Virus record (IMG/VR): IMGVR_UViG_3300033571_022960 | Span: 32,001-96,000 of that record | DNA length: 64,000 bases | DNA from: a virus | Direction: 5' to 3' (one strand) | Translations under genes and position numbers: made by a program | Notes under the pieces: model-generated | The model's database searches: none | Seen by the model: the letters and a program-made list of their open reading frames with translations, nothing else | Told to the model about the DNA's origin: nothing | In this document: positions 8,017-18,678 of the stretch, piece by piece | Layout of the letters: each line of letters begins with the position of its first letter | Numbering within the stretch: the stretch's first letter is position 1

Positions 8017-9843
8017 GTGGAAAATTTAAGAATTAGAACAGATATTGGATTAAATAATGTTTATTTAAAATTTAAATTAGAACAAAATTTTGAAAATCTT
8101 GAAATTCTTTCTTTAAAAATTGAACAAGATAGATTATACCAAAGATTTTGTTCTGATTATGGTGTTGTTTGTGGTAGGGTAATAACAAATGATGGTTTTG
8201 GTGTTGCAAATGCAAAAATATCTGTATTTATACCAATTTCAGAAGATGATGAATTAAGGGATGAAATATTTGATATATATCCTTTTAAAACACCTTTTGA
8301 TAAAAATGAAATAACAAAAACGAGATATAATTTATTACCTGAAAATAAACAAAGACCTATTCATCAACCTGTTGGTACTTTTCCTGTAATAAATAAAATA
8401 ATAACAAATGAAAATTATTTGGAAGTACATGAAAAATATTATAAATTCACTACAAGAACAAATTCTGCTGGGGATTATATGTTATTTGGTGTACCAACTG
8501 GATTACAAACTATTCACATGGATATGGATGTATCTGATATTGAATCACTTTCATTAAACCCAGAAAATTTTATTGCAAATGGTTTTCCAGAAGAATTTTT
8601 TGAATCAATTAATGGTGTAACTCAATTTAAAGTATCAACAAATTTGGATGAACTACCACAAATTATAACACAAAATATTTCAGTAAATGTACAACCATTA
8701 TGGGGTGATATAGATAATTGTGAAATTGGCATAACAAGACAAGATTTTGATATTACAAATCAATTAATAATAAATCCAATTGCAGTTATTTTTGGTAGTG
8801 CAATAAGTTCAATTTTCCCAAAAAGTCAATATACTACTGAAAGTGGTAATCAATCATTTACAAATGGTTGTAATTCTAGTTGGGCAAACTACAATGGACT
8901 TTGTGAGGGTAAATATGGTTCTTATCATATTAATAAAGGTAATGTTAGTGTTTCATGTGATGTTTATAATAGTGATAGAAATTTTTATAAGACATTTACT
9001 TTTGATGATGGTAAGATATTAATTTCATTACCAATGAATACTGAAAGATATATTACTGATGAAATAGGTAATCCTGTTTTATCACAAAATCCAAATGTGG
9101 GTATTCCTACTAAATCAAATTATTATTTTAATTTTTATGTTAATAAACTTTTTGGTGAAGAATTTAATACTGCAAGGGTTAGTAATAATTCATTAGTTAG
9201 ATGTGCAAATTACATATCATATCAACCAATTACTTTAGAATATGATATTTTTAATAAACAAATACAATTTTATACATTAGGAACTTTCTTTAAAAGAAAT
9301 CCAAATGTTGTACCACAATTAGAAACAATTAATAGTCAAATATTTTTATATTATAATCTTAATAATGCAAATATGGGAGACCCCTGGGAAGTGTTAAGTT
9401 TTTATGATAATGTACCTTTACCTTCATTTAATCAATTACCTGTTAATACTGATAATGTAGATGTTAATAGGGGTTCAGGAATAGACTACAAACAATGTTT
9501 TTTTAATAATTCTTTAAATGGTGTATTATATTTCCATACTTTTGAATTAAAAGATAATGGTGATTATTCTGTAAAAGTTGCATTAAATAAAAGTTTATTT
9601 TTAAATGGAATTCCTAATACACCAAATTATGATTTTGAATTTATTTATAATCTTAATAATTTGGATATTGTATTAACTAACAGTACAAATGATTTAAAAA
9701 ATGGTTTAACTGAAAGTTCTAAAACCAATTTTGGTGTTTTACCATCTAATAATATTTTTTCGGGTAAATATTATTATTTTGGGAAAGAAAAAAATCAAAC
9801 AGTATTACAAAAATTAAAACAACAATTCGATGGACAGATATAA
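8017..9843 (+). CDS. probable structural (tail/baseplate-region) protein
   Basis: 608 aa; GTG start after ATATTTAT at 7997-8004; carboxypeptidase-regulatory-like N-terminus (VVCGRVITNDGFGVANAKISVFIP..TRTNSAGDY). Confidence 0.55.
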   Translation: MENLRIRTDIGLNNVYLKFKLEQNFENLEILSLKIEQDRLYQRFCSDYGVVCGRVITNDGFGVANAKISVFIPISEDDELRDEIFDIYPFKTPFDKNEITKTRYNLLPENKQRPIHQPVGTFPVINKIITNENYLEVHEKYYKFTTRTNSAGDYMLFGVPTGLQTIHMDMDVSDIESLSLNPENFIANGFPEEFFESINGVTQFKVSTNLDELPQIITQNISVNVQPLWGDIDNCEIGITRQDFDITNQLIINPIAVIFGSAISSIFPKSQYTTESGNQSFTNGCNSSWANYNGLCEGKYGSYHINKGNVSVSCDVYNSDRNFYKTFTFDDGKILISLPMNTERYITDEIGNPVLSQNPNVGIPTKSNYYFNFYVNKLFGEEFNTARVSNNSLVRCANYISYQPITLEYDIFNKQIQFYTLGTFFKRNPNVVPQLETINSQIFLYYNLNNANMGDPWEVLSFYDNVPLPSFNQLPVNTDNVDVNRGSGIDYKQCFFNNSLNGVLYFHTFELKDNGDYSVKVALNKSLFLNGIPNTPNYDFEFIYNLNNLDIVLTNSTNDLKNGLTESSKTNFGVLPSNNIFSGKYYYFGKEKNQTVLQKLKQQFDGQI

Positions 9844-12361
9844 AACTCTTTTACCAAGTGATAAAAATAAAAATGCAAATAATTCTGATTTATTTGTTTC
9901 TTTTAAATTAGATAATTCTAATGTTTTGAATGGATATGATAATATTATATCAATACTTGATGTAGAAGAACAATTCAATAAAGAAAGGCAAAAATCAGAT
10001 TTATATAGAATTTCTGGTAAGATAAATTTCTTACATGCAGATGCAGACGATTTAAAAAGTTTTTCATTAACTAAACAATATGATGAAAAATTAAAACTAG
10101 ATGTTAATTCAACTAATGTTTGGGGTATTACAAATTGGAAAAGTATTCAGTATAATATAAATGATGAGTATTCTTGTCCAGTACCTAATAATAATGTAAC
10201 AATGAAATATTGGGATGTTAATCCACTAGATGGATTTTTTCCTATTATAAATTCAACCCAAATTGGATTAGATAATGGAATACAAATTTTACCAACTAAT
10301 AATCAATCTGTTGATACTTTAAGATTTAAATGGTTAGGTGATACAGGTACTTATAATATAACATTTAATTTAATAATAGAATCAAGAGGTAGAGTTACTG
10401 GGAAAGGTAAAAAAACTGGTGGTACTTTATATATTGATTTAAGAGAATACAATAGTACTTTTATTGACCAATATGAAGTTGAAATCATTGAAAGAAATCC
10501 TCAAACTTTACCTATTCAATATACTGATACATACATAGTAAATGATGATATAACATTAGAAAAAAATAAAGAATATCAATTTTTAACACAATATTATGAA
10601 GATTCTACCTATGTAAATTGTTATGGTACTGATTTTAATTTAGCGCAACAATATGACCCACTAACTGAAACATTTAGTGGTCAATCTTATCCTTCATCTG
10701 CAATTAATTGGGATAGTGGTTTAAATTTATTTGTATTAGACCAATATCAAGGTAAAGAAAGTTTTATTTCTATTTCATCTAAAAATTCTATACAAAATCC
10801 CAATATAATTAATACTAATTGGTTTGGATTTAAACCAACAAAAAATGATTTTTCTTTTTTACCACAAGATAAAAATTGGTTATTACAACTAACAATACCA
10901 AATGGTATAATTGAAAATTATCCTTTACAGGGTAATTCCATACCTATTGATAGGGGTTTTAGATATATTTTAACTGGATTTACTTATAATAATAAAAATA
11001 CTATTGCATTAAAAACTGAATTAATAAATAATATTGATGTTGGTGATTATGTTTATTGTGAACATATAGAATTCCCAAATTTAGTTGGTAGGGAAGAAAT
11101 TAATGGTATTCATAGGGTTATTTATAAAGGTAATCCAATAAACGGAGAAGATTCTGATACAATATTAGTTTTAGATTTAAATAATAGTTTAGATTTAATT
11201 CCTTTTGCAAACAAGTATGGTATTATAAAGAAAATTACCTCACCTTCTTTAAATGACCAATTAAAAACAAATTATTTAACAACAATAGAAAGATTATATT
11301 TAAACCAAAATAATAAACAATGTATTGAATTTAATCAAGAACATAATTTAATTGATGGAGATTTTATATCATTAAAAGGTTATTTATTACCAAATATATC
11401 ACCAACTTTTACAGGAATACATAGGATTAAATATATTGATGATTTTAATGTTGAACTTTATTATAATTTTCAAAATAATCAAAATAACACACTTGTATCT
11501 ATATTTCCTGAATTGAAATGGAAAAGATTGGATGGTTGTCCATCACAATACTTTATGCGTTCTTTTGAAATTATTACATCTAATTATATAGACATTACTT
11601 TACCTAAAAGGGATTATGATTTATACCAAAGTGGTTATGAGGTTGATATTTTTAATAGGGAAAAATATCTTTTTAATTTTAAAGAAATAGATATTTCAGA
11701 ACATAAAGATTATTTGGGAAGAAATATTAGTGATATTTATTTGACATTTATTAAAAGACCTGGAGAAAGTCCAAAAAATTTTACATCAACTGATGTTTTC
11801 TTTTATGATTATTCTTTAAAGTCAGGTGGTAGTGGTTTAAAACTTAAATGGGTTGATAATAATAATGAATTAGTAACAAATTATAATTCAAATTCAGAAA
11901 ATATAAATACTAACAAAATAAAAAATAAAGGTGATAAATATTTTGGTGATATAGTGGAATATTTAGTTTCAAATTTAGAAGAGAATATTATTATAGAACC
12001 AATTTTTAGATTTAATACTAAAGAAAGGGACGATAATTTAGAAACAAATGGGTTTATTTATAAACCACATCATAGAATACCAATAAGGAAATTTTCTACA
12101 TCAATAGAACAATTTGATTTTTCTGATGTTGCAGAATTCCCAAATTATGCAGAATCTTATAAAGGTAAATTTTTATGGAGGGATTTATTAGATAAAGGTT
12201 TTATTGAAGATACTGTAAATGGTGTTGATTACCCTTTTTTAAATAATAATCATTATATATTTAATGTATTTAATTTAACATTAAAACCACAAAATCCTGA
12301 ATTAATTGATGGTTTCATCATAAACGAAGATATAGTAAATAATTTTGAAAATGAGTGTTAA
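9830..12361 (+). CDS. probable structural protein
   Basis: 843-aa beta-rich ORF in an operon with late genes. Confidence 0.5.
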   Translation: MDRYKTLLPSDKNKNANNSDLFVSFKLDNSNVLNGYDNIISILDVEEQFNKERQKSDLYRISGKINFLHADADDLKSFSLTKQYDEKLKLDVNSTNVWGITNWKSIQYNINDEYSCPVPNNNVTMKYWDVNPLDGFFPIINSTQIGLDNGIQILPTNNQSVDTLRFKWLGDTGTYNITFNLIIESRGRVTGKGKKTGGTLYIDLREYNSTFIDQYEVEIIERNPQTLPIQYTDTYIVNDDITLEKNKEYQFLTQYYEDSTYVNCYGTDFNLAQQYDPLTETFSGQSYPSSAINWDSGLNLFVLDQYQGKESFISISSKNSIQNPNIINTNWFGFKPTKNDFSFLPQDKNWLLQLTIPNGIIENYPLQGNSIPIDRGFRYILTGFTYNNKNTIALKTELINNIDVGDYVYCEHIEFPNLVGREEINGIHRVIYKGNPINGEDSDTILVLDLNNSLDLIPFANKYGIIKKITSPSLNDQLKTNYLTTIERLYLNQNNKQCIEFNQEHNLIDGDFISLKGYLLPNISPTFTGIHRIKYIDDFNVELYYNFQNNQNNTLVSIFPELKWKRLDGCPSQYFMRSFEIITSNYIDITLPKRDYDLYQSGYEVDIFNREKYLFNFKEIDISEHKDYLGRNISDIYLTFIKRPGESPKNFTSTDVFFYDYSLKSGGSGLKLKWVDNNNELVTNYNSNSENINTNKIKNKGDKYFGDIVEYLVSNLEENIIIEPIFRFNTKERDDNLETNGFIYKPHHRIPIRKFSTSIEQFDFSDVAEFPNYAESYKGKFLWRDLLDKGFIEDTVNGVDYPFLNNNHYIFNVFNLTLKPQNPELIDGFIINEDIVNNFENEC

Positions 12362-13097
12362 TAAATTGCAAATTCTAAGAATCACAACAGGTGAAACAAG
12401 AAACATTGTTATACCTTTAAACTTAACTTTTAAACCAATTGATAAATGGGAATTAATTGAAAATTTAATTGATAAAGAAAAAGAAAAAAAAGTTAATAAA
12501 ATTGTTGATTGGGATTTATGGGATTATTATCCTATTGATAGTAATGATAAAAAAATTAATACAATAGAATATAAATTTTATTGGAATATAAATGGAAGTT
12601 TATCAAATAATTATTCAGATTTCTTAATTAAACAATTTGGAGGAACTTTGGGATTATCTTTAAATAAAATTAAAGAAAAGAATTACTATAAAAGAAGTTT
12701 TATTAGATTAAATTATTATGATTCACCTGATGTTAATAATCAAAAATTATTATTAACAGAAGATTTAAAATTAAGTGATACATTACCAAATACAACCAAT
12801 GAAACAAGATTTATATATCAAGTAAATGAGAATAAAGTGGGTTATTTTATTTCATGGTTAAAAAATGATAACATAACAAATGGTGAAATTTACATGAAAC
12901 CAATTTTCTTCAATGCAAAAAATGGCAGAAGTTTTGAATTAATTAAATATCAAGGAAACATTATTGATATTAACACTTTAAACCAAAATTACTCTGATAT
13001 TAATTATGTTAAAATAATTTTAAATAAACAAGATTTGGTTTATAATGTGGATGGTTTTAATTATGTAATGATTTTTCAATACAACAGATTAGATTAA
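12351..13097 (+). CDS. hypothetical, probable structural protein
   Basis: Overlaps the upstream stop; end of the late operon. Confidence 0.5.
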   Translation: MSVNKLQILRITTGETRNIVIPLNLTFKPIDKWELIENLIDKEKEKKVNKIVDWDLWDYYPIDSNDKKINTIEYKFYWNINGSLSNNYSDFLIKQFGGTLGLSLNKIKEKNYYKRSFIRLNYYDSPDVNNQKLLLTEDLKLSDTLPNTTNETRFIYQVNENKVGYFISWLKNDNITNGEIYMKPIFFNAKNGRSFELIKYQGNIIDINTLNQNYSDINYVKIILNKQDLVYNVDGFNYVMIFQYNRLD

Positions 13098-13595
13098 ATT
13101 AAAATCTTTAATTAAATCTTTACCTTTAGGACAATTTTTAATGGCAGAAATTAATTCTTTTAACTCCACATTAAAATTATCATCTACTATTGTGTTAAAA
13201 ATTTCCATAAATTCATTATAAGTACTTTCATTTCTATAATTAAAACCACAATAATCTATTGTTGGTTTTTTAAATTCATAATTATTTAATAAAAAAACTA
13301 TATAGGTATCATTTTTTTTATATACTATTTTAGTTTCACCATCATTTTCAAATAAGTTATCCCCAACACCCCAAAACCTAATTTTTATATTATTACATCT
13401 TTGAATATATAATGAATCCCATTTTAATGAAAAATCACTAATTGTTATATTTGAATTATCTGATAATATTTCACCATCTTTTTTAAGTGAAATGAATAAG
13501 TTTTTATAGTAAGAAAAAAAATATTCTTCTATTTCTTTTTCTACTTTAGAAATTTTATTTTCTAATACTTTTAGTTTTTTAATTAATTTTTCCAT
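13089..13595 (-). CDS. hypothetical protein
   Basis: 168-aa ORF. Confidence 0.55.
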   Translation of the reverse strand: MEKLIKKLKVLENKISKVEKEIEEYFFSYYKNLFISLKKDGEILSDNSNITISDFSLKWDSLYIQRCNNIKIRFWGVGDNLFENDGETKIVYKKNDTYIVFLLNNYEFKKPTIDYCGFNYRNESTYNEFMEIFNTIVDDNFNVELKELISAIKNCPKGKDLIKDFNLI

Positions 13596-13679
13596 TGTGT
13601 TTAATTTTTACACAAAATTACAAAATAAGTTTTATTTTTTTCATGCAAACATTATATTTAGACAAAATTAAATTTGTTT

Positions 13680-16397
13680 ATGGTAAGTGCAGAAAAGATA
13701 AAAGAGTTTTTGGAAGGAAAAGATTCAGAAGAATTTATTGTTGGAATTGAAATATATTCATCATGGACAAAAGATGATTCAAATGACATCTATTTAATAA
13801 TTGACCATCCAGAAAAGGGAAAATACATAAAAAAAGAACAAATTACACCTTTTTGTTGGGTTAAAAATTTATCCAAAACAGGATTTTATAATAATGATAG
13901 AGAATTATTAGAAACTGCAATAAAAAAATATGGTATAGTTTCAAAAAAATTAAATATAGGAAATCAAAAAAGATTAGAAGAAGGTCATTCACATTTAGTT
14001 AAAACAACAGGAACATATAGGGATTTAATTAATTTCTTTAAAAAGGGTGGTATTAATCCTTTTAAGGATAGGGATAAAGTTTTGATGTTATCACCACAAG
14101 AACAATATTTGGTGCAAACTGGTAAACGTTTATTCAAAGGAATTGATGATTACACAAAAGTTCACAAATTAGTATTTGATATAGAAACAACTTCTTTATT
14201 ACCCAAAGATGGACACATATTTTTAATTGGTATTAAAGATAATAAAGGTTATCAAAGAATACTTTCTTCTTATGATGAAAATGGTTATAATGAAGAATTG
14301 GAAAAAGATATTATAATAAAATTTTTTGAATCCATAAATAACTTAAAACCAACAATAATAACAGGTTATAATTCGGAGAATTTTGACTTTCCATATATTT
14401 TTGGTAGGGCAGAAATATTAGGATTAAATATAACCCAAATAGTTAAAACAAGACACCCAGAAGTTAAATTAATTCGTAGAGAATCAACACTAAAATTGGG
14501 TGGTGAAATGGAAACATATACACAAAATTTAATTTGGGGTTATAATGTAATGGATACATATCATGCAGTTAGACAAGCACAGGCAATTAACTCTGATATA
14601 AAAGAAGCAAACCTAAAATACATTGCACGTGAAGCAAAAGTCATAAAACCAAATAGGGTTTATATTCCAGGTAATTTATTGGGAAAAATGTGGATAGAAA
14701 ACAAAAATTATTGGTATAATCCCGAAAATGGTAGATGGAAAGAAGAATTTGAAGAAGGATATGTTGAAAAAACTGGTCGTTGGTTAATAGAAGAATATCT
14801 TATTGCCGATTTGGAGGAAACCGAAAAAGTTGATAATATATATAGACAATCCACTTTCTTAATAGGTAAAACTATTCCTACAACTTTTATTAGAGTTGCA
14901 ACTATGGGAACTGCAGCAATGTGGAATGCAATTATGCAAGCATATTCTTATGAATCAGAATTGGCGATACCAAAAAAAGTGGAAACAAGACAAATAGTTG
15001 GTGGTTTAAGTAGATTATTCAGAACTGGTTATAATAAAAATGTAATTAAAATTGATTATAGTGGACTATATCCATCTATTGAAATAACACATGATGTATT
15101 TCCTGATTGTGATATTAATGGTGTTTTAAAAGGTTTGTTAAGTTATTTTTATAATGAAAGAAATATATACAAATCTTTAATGAAAAAGGCAAAGAAAGAA
15201 GGTGATGAAGAAATGGAACAATTCTATGATAGAAAACAATTACCAATTAAAATATTAAATAATACACTTTTCGGTTCATTATCTGCACCAAATGTATTTT
15301 ATTGGGGTGATATGGATATGGGTGAAATGATTACTTGTACTGGTCGTCAATATTTGAGATTAGTTATAAAATTTTTTGAAACAAGAGGTTATAAATCAAT
15401 AGTTTGCGACACAGATGGACTAGATGTGGCAGTTCCAGAAAATATTAATGAAAGAATTTATATTGGAAAAGGTTTACATCACATGGTTGAAAAAGGAAGG
15501 GAATATAAAGGTTATGATGCAGATATTGCAGAATTCAACGAAAGATTTATGTATGGTGTAATGGGATTAAGTTTGGATGGGGTTTATTCATCATCAGTTA
15601 ACTTTGCAAGAAAAAATTATGCAGATAAAAAAATTGATGGAAAAGTAAAACTGGTTGGAAATACAATTAAATCAAAAACAATTCCAAAGTATATTGAAAA
15701 ATTCTTGGATAAAGGAATAGATTTATTATTAGATGGAAAAGGTTCAGAATTTATTGAACATTATTATCAGTTAATTGAAAAATTATATAACCAACAAATA
15801 CCTTTAATAGAAATTGCAAATAAAAGTAAGGTAAAATGTTCTTTGGATGAATATTTAAATAGAGGTTCAGATAAAAATGGTAAAGATAAGGCATCACAAG
15901 CACACATGGAGTTGGTAATAAAGGAAGGTTTACAAGTTAATTTGGGTGATGTAATTTATTATGTTAATAATGGAACAAAAAAATCTCATGGTGATTTTAG
16001 TCTTAAAACTTTAAAAGATGGTACAAAAGAAAAAGTATTTAATTGTTATTTAATTCCACAGGAAGATATTGAAAAGAAAACTGACTTAAAAGGTGAATAT
16101 AATGTTGCAAAATATATTGATATGTTAAATAAACGTATTGAACCACTTATGGTTTGTTTTAATCCTGAAATCAGAAATAAAATATTGGTTAATAATCCAG
16201 AAGAAAGAAATTATTTTACTGATGAAGAAATGAAATTGGTATCAGGTATTCCTATGGAAGAAGGAGACCAAGATAATTTAGAAAAAGAATTAATTCCAGA
16301 AGAAAGAGAATTGGAATTTTGGAAAAATATGAATATTAATCCTGAATATATGATTAAAGATAGATTTGAGGAAAAGGTAGTTGAAAATATTTATTAA
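13680..16397 (+). CDS. family B DNA polymerase
   Basis: Exonuclease FDIETT, GYNSENFDFPY; polymerase IDYSGLYPS, QLPIKILNNTLFG, CDTDG, KNYA. Confidence 0.95.
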   Translation: MVSAEKIKEFLEGKDSEEFIVGIEIYSSWTKDDSNDIYLIIDHPEKGKYIKKEQITPFCWVKNLSKTGFYNNDRELLETAIKKYGIVSKKLNIGNQKRLEEGHSHLVKTTGTYRDLINFFKKGGINPFKDRDKVLMLSPQEQYLVQTGKRLFKGIDDYTKVHKLVFDIETTSLLPKDGHIFLIGIKDNKGYQRILSSYDENGYNEELEKDIIIKFFESINNLKPTIITGYNSENFDFPYIFGRAEILGLNITQIVKTRHPEVKLIRRESTLKLGGEMETYTQNLIWGYNVMDTYHAVRQAQAINSDIKEANLKYIAREAKVIKPNRVYIPGNLLGKMWIENKNYWYNPENGRWKEEFEEGYVEKTGRWLIEEYLIADLEETEKVDNIYRQSTFLIGKTIPTTFIRVATMGTAAMWNAIMQAYSYESELAIPKKVETRQIVGGLSRLFRTGYNKNVIKIDYSGLYPSIEITHDVFPDCDINGVLKGLLSYFYNERNIYKSLMKKAKKEGDEEMEQFYDRKQLPIKILNNTLFGSLSAPNVFYWGDMDMGEMITCTGRQYLRLVIKFFETRGYKSIVCDTDGLDVAVPENINERIYIGKGLHHMVEKGREYKGYDADIAEFNERFMYGVMGLSLDGVYSSSVNFARKNYADKKIDGKVKLVGNTIKSKTIPKYIEKFLDKGIDLLLDGKGSEFIEHYYQLIEKLYNQQIPLIEIANKSKVKCSLDEYLNRGSDKNGKDKASQAHMELVIKEGLQVNLGDVIYYVNNGTKKSHGDFSLKTLKDGTKEKVFNCYLIPQEDIEKKTDLKGEYNVAKYIDMLNKRIEPLMVCFNPEIRNKILVNNPEERNYFTDEEMKLVSGIPMEEGDQDNLEKELIPEERELEFWKNMNINPEYMIKDRFEEKVVENIY

Positions 16398-16398
16398 T

Positions 16399-16920
16399 AT
16401 GAATTTTACAGAAATTTTAAAAGAATTAATTGAGGAAAACAGAATAAAATTATTATTGGAAGTTTTTAATAAAATTGGTGAATTGCCAGATAATTTAAAA
16501 CAAGAAGGAAATACATTTTATTTTACAAATGATGGTATTGATTATTATGTTGAATTTAAGGAATTTAATGAAAACTATAAATTAAGTAGAACAATTACTG
16601 ATGATAATAAAAAAATAATTGATAAAATTCCAAATGGAAAATATATTGTTGAGTTTGGAGTTGTAATTAATAATAAATTCATTTCTAATATTGATTTAAA
16701 AAATTCAAAATCAATAAGAGTATTAAATTATATAATTTCTATAATTAATTATTTTATAAAAGAGAATGATGTAAATCTAATTTCTTATTTTGCAGAATCA
16801 AAAAGATTAAATATATACTCAAACATTTTTGAAAAACTTTTTTCTAATAATTTTAATCAATTAGATAATGGTAATAATGGTATGAGTAACATAATCTATG
16901 TTAAAAGAAATTTTTTATGA
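16399..16920 (+). CDS. hypothetical late protein, candidate internal head protein
   Basis: ATATTTAT at 16387-16394 inside the PolB 3' end; MNFTEILKELIEE N-terminus. Confidence 0.55.
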   Translation: MNFTEILKELIEENRIKLLLEVFNKIGELPDNLKQEGNTFYFTNDGIDYYVEFKEFNENYKLSRTITDDNKKIIDKIPNGKYIVEFGVVINNKFISNIDLKNSKSIRVLNYIISIINYFIKENDVNLISYFAESKRLNIYSNIFEKLFSNNFNQLDNGNNGMSNIIYVKRNFL

Positions 16921-17318
16921 AAAGAAAAATTAAAGAAAGATTAAGGAAAAAAAAATTAATATGGGAAAATTTATGTTTATCTTATGACTATAATAAAAAA
17001 TGGATTTACTTATGGGGTGATGATAGTGGTATTGATTTAACAATTAAAGGTTATTATAAAGATGATATTCTTTGTTTAGTTAATAAACATATTTCATTTT
17101 TTCTTTATCCATTAAATTGTAAAATTCCTTTTACTTTTTTTAAAAAATTCATTCTTGAACCAACAATGGAAGGATTGGAAAGAATAAATTTTAAGGGAAA
17201 TGTTGGTTTTGAAAAAATGGAATTTGAACAACTTAATAACTATATTAGAATAATGTTAAAAAGAAATAACATCCAATTCCAGGAGAATGAAAAATATATT
17301 TATGCAGAAATAAAATAA
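16917..17318 (+). CDS. hypothetical protein
   Basis: 133-aa ORF. Confidence 0.55.
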   Translation: MKRKIKERLRKKKLIWENLCLSYDYNKKWIYLWGDDSGIDLTIKGYYKDDILCLVNKHISFFLYPLNCKIPFTFFKKFILEPTMEGLERINFKGNVGFEKMEFEQLNNYIRIMLKRNNIQFQENEKYIYAEIK

Positions 17319-17413
17319 TTCACAAAAATACTTTACAAAATAAAAACTTTTATTAAGTTTCATTTACATTAAAAAAACAAGTTTAAAAAACATTAAAAAT
17401 TAAAAACAAAATT

Positions 17414-18247
17414 ATGAGTAACAAAGTATTAGATGCGATTTTAAATCAGTACGAGAACGCAAAAACACCAGAAAAGAAAAACACAGTAGATTTAACAAAG
17501 TATTTTTCAGCAACATTACGTGAAGGACAAAAAACAGGTCAAAAAAGATTCAGAATTATTCCAACCAAAGATGGTTCACCTTTTCAAGAAGTTTATTTCC
17601 ATGAGATTCAAGTTAAAGGAAAATGGAGAAAATTTTATTGTTTAAATCACAATGATGGTGAAGATTGCCCTCTTTGTGAAGTTGAACAAAAATTAAGAGG
17701 TGGTGATGAATTAGATAAGAAAATTTCTAAAACATATAAACCAAGAAAATTTTATGTAGTTAAAGGTATTGACCGTGATAACGAAGGTGAAGGGGTTAAA
17801 TTCTGGAGATTTAAACATAACTATAAAGGTGAAGGTATTTTTGATAAAATTTTCCCTTTATTTACAAACTACGGAGATATTACAGATATTAAAGAAGGTA
17901 GAGATTTGATTATATCTTTAGGTCGTGATGATAAAGGTTATACTAAAGTTAATACCATTATGGTTACAGATAAATCACCTATATCTAACGCAGAAAATGC
18001 AAAGGCATGGTTAACTGACCCAATTAAATGGCAAGATGTATATTCTAAAAAACCTTATGAATATCTTGAAATAATTGCAAAAGATGAAGAACCTGTATGG
18101 AATGAAGAATTGCAGAAGTTCGTTGCAAAAGAAGAAAATTGGAAACCTGAAAATTCTAATAAACCCACAAAACAAGATTTTTCTTCTTCTGAATTAGAAT
18201 TGGGTGGTTTAGATGACTTGGATTCATTAAATGACCTCCCTTTTTAA
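17414..18247 (+). CDS. single-stranded DNA-binding protein (T4 gp32-like)
   Basis: RFRIIP, YCL..DGEDCPLCE Zn site, DITDIKEGRD, acidic C-terminal tail ending DDLDSLNDLPF. Confidence 0.85.
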   Translation: MSNKVLDAILNQYENAKTPEKKNTVDLTKYFSATLREGQKTGQKRFRIIPTKDGSPFQEVYFHEIQVKGKWRKFYCLNHNDGEDCPLCEVEQKLRGGDELDKKISKTYKPRKFYVVKGIDRDNEGEGVKFWRFKHNYKGEGIFDKIFPLFTNYGDITDIKEGRDLIISLGRDDKGYTKVNTIMVTDKSPISNAENAKAWLTDPIKWQDVYSKKPYEYLEIIAKDEEPVWNEELQKFVAKEENWKPENSNKPTKQDFSSSELELGGLDDLDSLNDLPF

Positions 18248-18269
18248 TTTTAAATAAAATATAGTGGGC

Positions 18270-18422
18270 AAAAAGTAAAGGTGATAATATAAGAGAAAGA
18301 GTCTTTTTGACCTTTGAGTTCTTTTTTGATAATACATTTGATTTTGTTGGAGTTGTTGTAGTGATACATAATTCCAGAATGTAGTGAACGAAATTTTTAT
18401 TATATTATCACTTTTACCTTTT
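18270..18422. ncRNA. candidate structured intergenic element (long closing stem)
   Basis: 18270-18292 pairs with 18400-18422 (23 bp, one wobble, one mismatch); enclosed region has no ORF. Confidence 0.35.
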
Positions 18423-18443
18423 TTTAAAAAATAAATAAAAAAT

Positions 18444-18617
18444 ATGAAAGATAAAATTTTAATAGGTTTACTAAGTGAACTTGTTCTTAAAAATAGAAAT
18501 GAAGAAGAACAAGATATTGAATTCTTTAGAATATGTAATGAATGGAAAGATAAAGGTTATTACGTACAATCTGGAGAAGGTACTAAAATAGATGAACTTT
18601 GGGCAGTTAAAAAATAA
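18444..18617 (+). CDS. small hypothetical protein (57 aa, not in the ORF track)
   Basis: MKDKILIGLLSELV..ELWAVKK translated by hand. Confidence 0.5.
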   Translation: MKDKILIGLLSELVLKNRNEEEQDIEFFRICNEWKDKGYYVQSGEGTKIDELWAVKK

Positions 18618-18678
18618 CAACGTGAGTTTAATAGACATTAAATTTAATCAAAAACAAATGATTGAAAACAATAAAATT

